Both the position numbers and the translations under genes were made by a program. The notes under the pieces are model-generated. The model saw only the letters and a list, made by a program, of their open reading frames with translations, had not been told where the DNA came from and made no database searches. A stretch of DNA of 63,313 nt, filler included, from Candidatus Fermentibacterota bacterium (GTDB taxonomy: Bacteria > JAFGKV01), in NCBI GenBank assembly GCA_016928395.1. It is 7 parts of 7 records of this genome, joined end to end, with 100 filler letters (N's around TTAATTAATTAA, not from the genome) between each part and the next. Parts side by side here need not be neighbours in the genome. Positions count along the whole stretch, not along the records: positions 44,938 to 50,804 come from JAFGKV010000030.1; positions 50,905 to 57,862 come from JAFGKV010000210.1; positions 57,963 to 63,313 come from JAFGKV010000031.1; 4 more parts are not named here. One strand, written 5' to 3'. Positions 49,457 through 58,672 of this stretch are shown in pieces; position 1 is the first letter of the stretch; every line of letters begins with the position of its first letter.

Positions 49457-49461
49457 ACGAC

Positions 49462-49521
49462 CAACAATACCCGCCAAGCCTCTGGCCTTTGGTCACGCTC
49501 AAATCGGCGGGTTACTCTTTT
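49462..49521 (+). ncRNA. Putative abiF-type RNA (antitoxin/leader hairpin)
   Basis: Outer stem ACCCGCC(49469-75)/GGCGGGT(49506-12), inner hairpin TGGCC-TTT-GGTCA, T-rich tail; lies between the promoter and the Abi CDS. Confidence 0.6.
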
Positions 49522-49533
49522 CTGGGCGGCGCC

Positions 49534-50478
49534 ATGAGCTACAACAAGCCCGCAAGAACATACGCCGAGCAGTTGGAGATTCTGAGGAGCCGCGGACTCA
49601 CCATCGGCGATCCCGCATTCGCCCTTCGTTGCCTAAAGCACTGCAACTACTACCGTATCTCTGCCTATCGATTCCCGTTGACAGTTCGCGGCAATGCCGA
49701 CCGGTTCCTCCCCGGCGCAACGTTCGAACAGATGTGGGGTCTGTACTGTTTCGACCGTCGGCTCCGTCATCTGGTGACAGAAGCCCTGAAACATTTCGAG
49801 ATCTCGGTTCGTGCACACTGGGCCTATGTGCTGGGACACGCCCATGGCGCGATGGCATACGAAGATCCCGCCGTATTCCGGGACCCGCGCCGGCACACGA
49901 GCGCTCTGGCGAAGCTGGACGAAGAGCTTGACCGCAGCCACGAGGTCTTTGTCTCCCACTTCAGACAGAAGTATGGGATGGACCGCCCGCCTATATGGGC
50001 AGTATGCGAGATCATGTCATTCGGACTCTTGAGCCGATTCTACGAGAACATCAGAAGGGATCACGACCGCAAAGCTATCGCGCGGGCCTACGATCTCTCG
50101 CCAGACACTCTCAAGTCCCTTCTTGAGCACGCTGCCTACGTGCGCAATCTATGCGCGCATCATTCGCGGCTCTGGAATCGCCGATTCACGATCACCGTCA
50201 GCTTGCCTCGCCATCGTCCCGCCGATCTCGTCTCCAGCTTGAATCCCACCGAGACCCGGCGGCTCTACGACACGCTGGTTCTTCTGGCGCATGTGGTGGA
50301 CATAGTTGAACCGCAGAGCCACTGGGCACGCCGCGTGTTCGAGCTGATCAGCAACCACGCCAGCCCGGTGACCGCAGCCATGGGGTTCCCGTCGGATTGG
50401 GAGGCAAGACCAATATGGTCAGGCCGCGCAGCAGACGAACTGCCTGACTCCTCTCCTCCCATGAGGCCCATTGCATGA
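49534..50478 (+). CDS. Abi family (Abi_2, AbiD/AbiF-like) HEPN protein
   Basis: KP..TY.EQLE.L.SRGL, NYYRISAY, Y.FDR.LR, PPIW...E.MSFG, RNLCAHHSRLWNR (RxxxxH). Confidence 0.95.
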   Translation: MSYNKPARTYAEQLEILRSRGLTIGDPAFALRCLKHCNYYRISAYRFPLTVRGNADRFLPGATFEQMWGLYCFDRRLRHLVTEALKHFEISVRAHWAYVLGHAHGAMAYEDPAVFRDPRRHTSALAKLDEELDRSHEVFVSHFRQKYGMDRPPIWAVCEIMSFGLLSRFYENIRRDHDRKAIARAYDLSPDTLKSLLEHAAYVRNLCAHHSRLWNRRFTITVSLPRHRPADLVSSLNPTETRRLYDTLVLLAHVVDIVEPQSHWARRVFELISNHASPVTAAMGFPSDWEARPIWSGRAADELPDSSPPMRPIA

Positions 50479-50804
50479 GCGAGGTGTCCACGCGGAACTC
50501 CGGCCCCACTTCAATCGGAGATGGCTTGAGGTTCTGAAGGCCGATCTCTTGCTCCAGGGCGACCTCTGACCGGCAGTCGCGCCGCGCTATGCCTCCCGGC
50601 TGGCAATCCACATGCAACCGCACCGTATTTAGCCCACCGACTCACTGATCACCAACACTGCGGGGAGCCATGGCCGACCGGTTCACGCCGCTGTCCAACG
50701 CATCCATCCTCCGCGTTGGGCTGGCGAAGTCCTCGCCGGAGCTTGCTGCGGTGGGGAACGTGTCGTCTTGGTCAAGAGGAGAGCGGGCGCACGGGATGTT
50801 TGTA

Positions 50805-50904
50805 NNNNNNNNNNNNNNNNNNNNNNNNNNNNNNNNNNNNNNNNNNNNTTAATTAATTAANNNNNNNNNNNNNNNNNNNNNNNNNNNNNNNNNNNNNNNN
50901 NNNN
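50805..50904. other. Artificial contig linker
   Basis: N-run with TTAATTAATTAA. Confidence 0.99.
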
Positions 50905-51751
50905 AACCTACTACTTCCTGAGCCGCACCGTAGGCACGGCAGGAGAATCGGGCGACTCCGACCGGGTCGGCGAGCACGAGGTGGCGTTGCCGTAAGATGC
51001 ACACGCCTGGAGGCTCCCTGCGAATGAGCAATTGGGGAGAGTGCAGATCCCGTCGCCACACCCCCGCATCCTGTGGTGCAGAGGAGAACTTGAGTGACAT
51101 TCTATGTCTCCAGTGGTCACGTGTCCTATGTGACGGGTGGGTGCTGCGTAGCATGACTGGGGCAGTCTGGGGACATACGTGACTTGTCAGCTCACTCGCA
51201 CGATGGGAGGCTGATGACAACCTCTCGATGAGGATCTTTGGGAGACGTCGATTCCGGGAGCGCGCGGAGAACAGGGGTAGCAGCTCGCTGAAGCGTGACT
51301 TCCGGCTGCGTTCTCTCTTGCTTGGCGAGGGGCTATCGGCGTTCGGCTTCTTCGCGTTGCGAGGAGTTGACAGTTCACAATCGACGGTTGACGGTGGGCT
51401 CGCTGCGCGAGCGGGATTCGGGTTCAGGGTTCAATGCGCTCACTCGACACTCCGCAATCGAGATGCTAGCGGCTGTTGGCTGGCCTGATGAAGGAGCCCA
51501 ACACTCACCACGTTCATTCCCTCCCAGTCCGTCGAGGAGTTTCTTGCCGGCAGCCCGACTGAGCAGCCTGCCTCTCGCCGCACAGGTGGAAGACCCTGAG
51601 CTCTCTTGTGGGAGAGCATTTCCCGTTGACGGCCCACTGCATAATAGGCCATATTCGTGTCCACCCTCACTCAGGGAATCATGCCCGCGGTGTCCTACCT
51701 GTGGTGGGCGCACGCACCTCGGCATCGCGGGAAAACGGGAAGGAGACTTCC

Positions 51752-54262
51752 ATGTCCTCGCGGCGTCTAGTGCTCCTCGGTATGCTTTGCTGTCTTCTCG
51801 TCTTCTCGGCGTCTGCGGAGATCCCGCAACTGATCAACTATCAGGGCAAGGTGACCGATTCCGGCGGAACTCCGGTGGCTGATGGCGCCTACTCAATGAC
51901 ATTCTCGATCTACGACGCCTCCACGGGCGGCAGTTCGCTGTGGAGCAGCGGAGCGGTGAGCGTGACGGTGAGCGGCGGGGTGTTCAGCGTCGTGCTGGGC
52001 GAGAGCCCGCAACCCGCCTTGAGTCTGGACTTCTCTGCGGACTACTGGGTGGAGACGAGTATCGAGGGTGACCTCCAGAGTCCGCGCGCCAGGCTTGGTT
52101 CGGTGGGCTATGCGTATATGGCCAGCGGTCTTGTGGCCGGCACCGAGGTCGAAGGATCAGTGAGCAGTGGGAACCTGGCTGCCATCAGTGGGACCAACAC
52201 CTCGACCGTCAACGCTGCCCGTGGTGTGTACGGCAGCGTCTCGAGCGCGACGGGCCGGGGTATGGAAGGAGTGGCCACCTCCTCGACGGGCACCGCGTTC
52301 GGGGGGCGGTTCGAGAGCCAATCGGAGGCGGGGCGGGGCGTGTTGGGGCATGCGTCGGCAACCACGGGCACGACCTACGGTGTGCGGGGCACGTGCAGCT
52401 CGACCGCGGGGACGGCGGTGTACGGAAGAGCACTGGCGACCGAGGGGACGACGTATGGGGTGTACGGCGAGACGAATTCGACTGACGGATATGCCGGCTT
52501 TTTCGCGGGCAATGCCCGGGTGACGGGGAACATGACTATTGATGGCGCCCTAAACGCCTCCGGACTGGGCGACATCACGGCGGTGACCGCGGGGACGGGT
52601 CTGACCGGCGGCGGCGCGACCGGAGACGTCACCCTGAGCGTGGAAGTGCCGCTCTCCCTTACCAGCACATCGACTCAGACCATTCAGGGCACCAACACCT
52701 CTGCCACCGGCTACACCTTTGGCGGCTACTTCACGAGCCAATCTCCCGATGGCCGGGGCGTGCTGGGCAGCGCAACGTCCACCACCGGGATAAACTACGG
52801 GGTTCGAGGGCTCAGCAGCTCGGTCTCGGGCACCGCCGTGTACGGTGAGGCCCTGGCCACGACGGGGACGAACTACGGCGTGTACGGGAAGACGAACTCC
52901 ACCTCGGGCTGGGCCGGCTACTTCCAGGGCGACTCGCGCGTAACCGGCAACCTCACGGTGGACGGTACACTCAGCGCTCCTGGGCTGGGCGATATCACCG
53001 CGGTGACCGCGGGGACGGGTCTGACCGGCGGGGGCACCAGCGGCGCGGTGACGCTGAACGTGGCGGTACCTCTTTCCCTCACCAGCACCTCGACTCATAC
53101 TATTCAGGGCACCAACACCGCCGCCACCGGCATCCGCTACGGCCTCTATGGGGAGACCGCCTCGACCGCCGGGCGCGCGGTCTATGGGGCGGCAACCGCC
53201 TCCTCTGGCGGAGCCATCGGTGTCTACGGCCAGAGCGCGTCGACCGCCGGGTATGGAGTCTACGGGGAAGCGATGCGAACCACAGGCGGGACGTTCGGCG
53301 TCTACGGCATGAGTTCCTCCACCGCCGGCCACGGGGTGTATGGGGTTGCCACTGCCGCATCGGGCCTCACCTACGGCGTCCACGGCAGGACTGATTCTTC
53401 CGGTGGCATCGCGGTCTGGGGACAAGCAACCGCCACCACCGGTAATGCATATGGTGTCTACGGTGAATCGGCATCCTCAGGTGGGACGGGCGTCCGTGGC
53501 GTGGCAACTGCAAGCTCGGGTTCCACAAACGGAGGTTCATTCGCCAGCTATTCAACGTCCGGGACAGGCGTCTCAGGCGTGGCCGATGCCTCGGCGGGCT
53601 ACACCTACGGAGGCAGATTGTTCTCCTACTCGCCGTCGGGCATGGGTGTGTTCGGAAAGGCCTGGTCAAGCTCGGGCCAGTGTATCGGCGTCTATGGCGA
53701 GACCGCGTCTTCCGACGGGTACGGCGTGTACTACTATGGAGGTCTCGGCGGAGTAGGCAAGATGACGTCAATCGTACGCACATCCAAGGGTCCGACGGGC
53801 CTCGGCGTGCACACCACCGCGGGCGACTGGGTCGAAGACTTCGGGGAAGGGCAACTTGTGAACGGGCGATGCCACATCGAGCTGGATCCGCTGTTCCTGG
53901 AGACCGTGACGATCGATGCGGCCAATCCGATGAAGGTGTTTGTCGAACTTGGAGGAAGGTGCCGCGGGGTGTTTGTCGAACGCGGTGTGACGGGCTTTGA
54001 CGTCATAGAGCAAGATGACGGCACGAGCGCTGTGCCCTTTTGCTTCCGCGTTGTGGCCAAGCGCAAGGGATTCGAGGAGAAGCGACTGGACTACTGCAAG
54101 GCAGCGGAGAGGGATTCGTATTTGCATCCCGAGTTGCGGGAAGAGCAACTGCGCGAAAGGGCAGCGGAACGAGACCGCCGGCGCGACGAACACGCGCGTA
54201 TGGATGAGGAACGCCGTCTGCAAGAAGCCGCGATGGCCTTCTCTGCGTCTATGCCCGAGTAG
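51752..54262 (+). CDS. Secreted Gly/Thr-rich repeat (fibre/beta-helix-like) protein
   Basis: RBS AAGGAG; signal peptide; IPQLINYQGK.TD domain; many GVYG repeats; C-terminal EDFGEGQL.NG...IELDPLF domain and charged helical tail. Confidence 0.88.
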   Translation: MSSRRLVLLGMLCCLLVFSASAEIPQLINYQGKVTDSGGTPVADGAYSMTFSIYDASTGGSSLWSSGAVSVTVSGGVFSVVLGESPQPALSLDFSADYWVETSIEGDLQSPRARLGSVGYAYMASGLVAGTEVEGSVSSGNLAAISGTNTSTVNAARGVYGSVSSATGRGMEGVATSSTGTAFGGRFESQSEAGRGVLGHASATTGTTYGVRGTCSSTAGTAVYGRALATEGTTYGVYGETNSTDGYAGFFAGNARVTGNMTIDGALNASGLGDITAVTAGTGLTGGGATGDVTLSVEVPLSLTSTSTQTIQGTNTSATGYTFGGYFTSQSPDGRGVLGSATSTTGINYGVRGLSSSVSGTAVYGEALATTGTNYGVYGKTNSTSGWAGYFQGDSRVTGNLTVDGTLSAPGLGDITAVTAGTGLTGGGTSGAVTLNVAVPLSLTSTSTHTIQGTNTAATGIRYGLYGETASTAGRAVYGAATASSGGAIGVYGQSASTAGYGVYGEAMRTTGGTFGVYGMSSSTAGHGVYGVATAASGLTYGVHGRTDSSGGIAVWGQATATTGNAYGVYGESASSGGTGVRGVATASSGSTNGGSFASYSTSGTGVSGVADASAGYTYGGRLFSYSPSGMGVFGKAWSSSGQCIGVYGETASSDGYGVYYYGGLGGVGKMTSIVRTSKGPTGLGVHTTAGDWVEDFGEGQLVNGRCHIELDPLFLETVTIDAANPMKVFVELGGRCRGVFVERGVTGFDVIEQDDGTSAVPFCFRVVAKRKGFEEKRLDYCKAAERDSYLHPELREEQLRERAAERDRRRDEHARMDEERRLQEAAMAFSASMPE

Positions 54263-54493
54263 GGCGTTCGGGGCAGACGCGCTACGCTGACGGCCGCTTC
54301 GTTGGAAGCTGCCGGTTGTCAGTCTGTCCGTCGTTGGTCATCAGTTTTTCGGTTTGGATCTCTTCGGGCACTGAAGGATGACGGATTCCGCAAAGGATCT
54401 GAGGCTTGTGCTCGCTTTCCGTATGATCCCACGAGGCGCTGAGGCGGCAGGCGGTACGCATAGTCCTACGGCTCGGCGAGGCATGAGCCGCCG

Positions 54494-55044
54494 ATGCAGC
54501 AGGAGGGCGATGGGTGTGCCATCATGGTGGATGACGCCGACGCAGTGTATCCCGTCTTGATCGATCCCTTGTCATCTTCGCCGGACTGGACGGCCTCGGG
54601 GGAGGCGGAATACAGCGTCTTTGGCTATTCGGTGGCGACGGCGGGAAACGTGAACGGAGACGGCTACTCTGACATCGTGGTCGGGGCCCCCAGCGACGGG
54701 AATGACAGGGGGACGGGGTGCCTGTACTGCTGCAATGACGGTGACGCCCTGTACGTGCTCCCGCGCCGCACATCACAACGCTGAGCCCCACTCAGTGTCG
54801 GCTGTGGTGGCACCCGGTCTCGGGCGCCATGTCCTACAACCTGTACCGTGGGACCTTCTCGTACTTCGCGCCGGGGACGCCATGGCAGACGGTGGCCGCG
54901 CTGGACACGACGTACGACTTCAGCGAGGGCGTCGGCGACCAGGGCGCGTTGGTGCAGAAAGTGCCTGGCGAGCTGAGCAAGCCTGCCCGCTGGACCCTCG
55001 ATTCCTGGTCTAGGATATGGGCTCTCTCCACTGAGGTACTCTAA
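54494..55044 (+). pseudogene. Fragments of an FG-GAP repeat secreted protein
   Basis: VDDADAVYPVLIDPL and FGYSVATAGNVNGDGYSDIVVGAP (one repeat), then a different-frame YNLYRGT fragment. No signal peptide. Confidence 0.6.
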
Positions 55045-55088
55045 CCCTAATGGCCACAAGCCCCCACACCGCAGGCCGGTTGGTGAGA

Positions 55089-55904
55089 TCAGTCCCCGAG
55101 GATGTTGGTCTCGAAGCGGATCTCCACCACCTCTTGGCTCTCTACCGCATTCCCCTTCACGCTCGTCCTCACAACGAAGCTGACCATGTGGAACGGGTGC
55201 TCCTCGGCAGGATACACGTAGACATAGAGATCCGTCCCCAGGGTATCCGACCTGTACTCGTATCCGAGCTTGTTGAGGACTCCATGCAAGGAGTCCCCGA
55301 CGCCAAGCCCAAGGATGCGGCGACCGCTATCCGAGATGGTCACCTTGCTGATGAACTCGCGTTCTGACGCGAACCCGCACTCCTTGACCGGATAGAACAG
55401 CTCAACTTCCACCCCAGGGAAGCGCAGCGTCTTGGTCCTCACCCCCACGCACTTACCCCACGCCCCCTCGTGCACCTCATCAGGTTCCCCAAGTTTGCGC
55501 CGCACCGTGGCCTCATCGTCCCCGAAGAGGTGTCTGATCGTCTGGGCGCAGTAGAATGCCAGGTGCTCGCTGCCGCGGTAGACAGGCCCTTCGATGAGCG
55601 GAAGCGGGCCCGCATCGAGCTTCAGATGCGGCCCGAAGACAAATCCTGTGTGGCTTCCGCTCGCCACCGAACACCAGCTCCCGATCTCACCATCTACTAT
55701 CCCCGAGAACCCGGTGACAAACAGTACTTCCATGCGAGTCCCTTTCGCCAGATTGGCAAGGATCTCACCGAATGGTGATGGTTCTGCACGGAGGGCCGTT
55801 TCGGCACCGACGATCAAGGCGTTCTCCTGGGGGTAGACAAGGGAGGGCGCGAGCAACAGCAACGCCAGCGTGACAATGGATCTGCGGATTCGATCTTGAA
55901 TCAT
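55089..55904 (-). CDS. Exported bacterial SH3 domain protein
   Basis: Signal peptide; LRAEPS..GEILANL.KGT.MEVL...WC.V....TGFVFG..L. Confidence 0.8.
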   Translation of the reverse strand: MIQDRIRRSIVTLALLLLAPSLVYPQENALIVGAETALRAEPSPFGEILANLAKGTRMEVLFVTGFSGIVDGEIGSWCSVASGSHTGFVFGPHLKLDAGPLPLIEGPVYRGSEHLAFYCAQTIRHLFGDDEATVRRKLGEPDEVHEGAWGKCVGVRTKTLRFPGVEVELFYPVKECGFASEREFISKVTISDSGRRILGLGVGDSLHGVLNKLGYEYRSDTLGTDLYVYVYPAEEHPFHMVSFVVRTSVKGNAVESQEVVEIRFETNILGD

Positions 55905-55965
55905 GGCACGTTCCTACGGTAGGACCTGATGGTCTTTCTTAGCGACGGCGGCTACCGGCAAACAT

Positions 55966-56160
55966 GTGGCCTCACCGATTCGGCGCAAGTTGGCAGTGAG
56001 ACGACTGGGTTACAGCGGCGCCAAGGTGGCCCGGCATCTGGGAACGACAACCTCCTGTGTCAATCGGCACATGGTGTCAGGAGAGCTGCGCGAGACTGCC
56101 CAGTTTATCGCAGACCTGTGGGCACAGTCGTGCACGTTCTTAAGCAGCGTACTCCAGAAC
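55966..56160 (+). pseudogene. C-terminal HTH remnant of a Y1 (HUH/RAYT-like) transposase
   Basis: AVRRLGYSGAKVARHLGTTTSCVNR resembles the DnaA-C-like HTH tail of REP-associated-type transposases (recalled pattern). No catalytic domain is present. Confidence 0.55.
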
Positions 56161-56449
56161 TCATCCTTTCGGAGATGGGATTGATGTGGATAGTGGCCGC
56201 CCCCATTGTGTGGGGATGCCTGGCGCCGTCCCGATGAGTGGTGCGATGATCGGGAGGTGGTCACCGGAGAGGGTCACCGCATTCGCATTGTGTGACCATC
56301 AATTGAGACCTCTCCCCTTTGGTTTCACTTGAAAACGGACCAATCAGGCGATAGTTGGCGTCGCTGTGTGGACAGGTGGGCCCGCGCGCAGATTTGCCGG
56401 CGGGAACCCATGAACCAACCCGCGTACATACCAAACAGGAGATGATGAG

Positions 56450-57301
56450 ATGCCTGCGCCAGGGACTCGGATATCATCCATGGGAACACTACGGACGTTT
56501 CTCAAGGAGGGGACGTGATCTGAAGCACTGATGAGCGTCGTCGACCGCTCATTCGGCCATCCATTGAAACTCGAGGAGGAGGCCGTTGGCCCCCTCGCGG
56601 GCGGCATAGTGCAACATGGGCACCAGTGTGGCATGCTCTGGGGTACCACGCTGGCTGCGGGAGCACACGCGTATCGGCTCTGCGGCTCGGGTCCAGAGGC
56701 AGAAGCTAAGGCCATCGCAGCAGCCGGGAGGATTGTCGCATCGTTTTGCAACTGCGCCACCCACACCGATTGCGTCGACATCGCGGGAATAGACTTCACG
56801 ACATCATCCAAGCGCCGCCTGCTGCTGCAGGTGCTCAGGTACTTCATCACGGGTCGGGCCATCGGCTGCTTCAGGCTCGCGGCGAGATACGCCCCTGTGG
56901 CAGGTGATGAAATCAACCGCGCGTTCTCTGGGGACCACCCCGAGGTGCCTGCCGCTCCAGTGAGTTGTGCGTCCGTCCTGGCACGGAAGATGGGCGCATC
57001 CGACAGGCATGCGGTGATGGCCGCCGGTTTGGCGGGGGGCATCGGCCTGAGCGGTGGTGGCTGTGGGGCCTTGGGTGCTGCACTCTGGATCGCCGGGATG
57101 AGCACGCTCAACCAGGGCACGAAGCTCGACTACAAGAACCCCCGCCTGCTTCGCACGATCGAGAGATTCCTGCACCAGACCGGTGCGGAGTTCAGATGTG
57201 CCACGATTGTCGGGCGAACCTTCGGGGGTATCAGTGACCATGCAGGCTTTCTGGCCGGGGGAGGTTGCTCGCGGATCCTCGAGGCCTTGGCGGCAGAGTA
57301 A
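56450..57301 (+). CDS. Tandem C-GCAxxG-C-C family redox protein, probable selenoprotein (UGA at 56516-56518, codon 23)
   Basis: AGGAG RBS + ATG 56450 in frame; FLKEGT-UGA-SEAL parallels SCASVL in the second domain; LAGGI....CG motif occurs twice; hairpin after the UGA. Confidence 0.8.
56531..56552 (+). promoter_or_regulatory. Putative bacterial SECIS element
   Basis: ATGAGCG/CGCTCAT stem starting 12 nt after the UGA; the apical loop begins with G (GTC), 21 nt after the UGA. Confidence 0.65.
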
Positions 57302-57319
57302 TCCGCAGGGCACCCGGTG

Positions 57320-57709
57320 GGGGGCGTGTAAGGTCGAATCTTCAAGGTTCGGGCAACAGCCTGCAGACGCGGGTTCCGAAGGTGCCGAACGAGAATCTGC
57401 GCTGTGGAGTGAGGATGTAGCCACTGCGCGGCAGCTCTCAGCTATCGGCTATCAGCTCTTTGCCAGCCGACATCCGACAGCCGGCTCGTCGGCGCTTGAC
57501 GGTAGGGCAGCGGCGCGAGCTTCGCTCCGCTCGCAGGTTACAGGGTTCTGGGTTCAGTCCGGACTTCTTCACCCCTTCACCTCTTCACCTCTTCACCTCT
57601 TCACGCTCCTATCTCCCCACTCAAAAGACACCTTCACCGCGGGGCCGTGATGGACATGATCAAATCGCACTTCCGGCAAGGCCGGCGGCGGCATTACTTA
57701 CTATTCCAA
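57320..57709 (+). mobile_element. Diverged copy of the ~430-bp element with degraded ends
   Basis: GCCGAACGAGAATCTGCGCTGTGGAG...GTAGCC.CTGCGCGGCAGCTCTCAGC and CTCCTATCTCC.CACTCAAA.GACACCTTCACC..GGGGCCGTGATGGA are shared with 2556-2740. Confidence 0.75.
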
Positions 57710-57862
57710 CACACTGCTGTCCAAGATCGGGTGGCGAAGGCTGTTTGGGACGGGTGTAGGCATTGTCAGGCCAAGAAGAGGCTTCGGAGGTCTCGAACCA
57801 CCCCCCCTTCGTCATCGGGAGGCGCCTTGAGGAGAGATGCTGTCCAAGAATGGAAGCACGAG

Positions 57863-57962
57863 NNNNNNNNNNNNNNNNNNNNNNNNNNNNNNNNNNNNNN
57901 NNNNNNTTAATTAATTAANNNNNNNNNNNNNNNNNNNNNNNNNNNNNNNNNNNNNNNNNNNN
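57863..57962. other. Artificial contig linker
   Basis: N-run with TTAATTAATTAA. Confidence 0.99.
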
Positions 57963-58404
57963 CAAGCGGTATGAGATTCACCGGCGAGGCGAAGGGAATC
58001 CCCATTCCCGTGTGGACCATGACCGGCAGGCCGTATCGTCGGCCCGCGTCGAACACCTTCCTCCCCGCTGCAGAGCTCGGAATGACGCCACAGGCAAGGG
58101 GATTGAGCTTGATGCCCACGAAGCCGAGCTCTTCAATACAGCGCGCGATCTCCTCCTCGTACAGAGTCCCGGGAAGGTGAGGGCTCGGATTCGCCATGCC
58201 GAAAAAACGCCCCGGGAACTCCCTCCCGAGGGCTGCGATCGCGTCGTGCTGAGCCCTCACGGAGTCGATGTCGTGGCAGGTCGAGGGCTGGACAATCTGA
58301 ACGTCCACGCGGCAGCCGTCCATTTTCTCTACCAGCGCGGCTCTGGGAAAATCTTCATCGAAGGTGTAATCCCACCCCATGTGCACGTGCGTGTCGACAA
58401 TCAT
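57963..58404 (-). CDS. Amidohydrolase family (Amidohydro_2) protein, 3' partial
   Basis: MIVDTHVH, GFVGIKL.P, PVMVHTG. Confidence 0.9.
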
Positions 58405-58514
58405 GATCCTTTGCCCCCTGGACGGTCAGCAAAAACAGTAAACACTGAATCCGCCGAGTCGCGCAAGCACAGCGCCAGACCTTGGTGGCAGCGGGTGGGT
58501 TCCCAAAAAATATC

Positions 58515-58583
58515 TTGACGCGAAGCAGGAGTTGCGGCAGAATAGAAAGCTGAATTGTAATTAGTTTCATGAAATTGATTTCA
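58515..58583 (+). promoter_or_regulatory. Putative promoter and palindromic operator of the sugar ABC operon
   Basis: TTGACG-17-CAGAAT; overlapping palindromes TTTCATGAAA and TGAAATTGATTTCA (LacI-family-like). Confidence 0.5.
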
Positions 58584-58672
58584 CCGGAACGGCCCGGGGT
58601 GTGCCGGCAAGGACGCCGGTTCCGTGGACGCAGCGAGACGGCCGATATGTCATGTCTCTGCAGGAGGGAACC

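Noticed and set aside
50905-51750. Short ORFs or ncRNA in the long region before the fibre-like gene
   Set aside because: Only simple-repeat tracts and weak hairpins; no recognisable protein or RNA motif.
52530-53120. Internal duplication as a DGR template/variable repeat pair
   Set aside because: Both copies are in-frame coding, the differences are not adenine-specific, and there is no reverse transcriptase.
56345-56410. Hairpins upstream of the selenoprotein as tRNA-Sec
   Set aside because: No cloverleaf, TCA anticodon loop or T-loop consensus.
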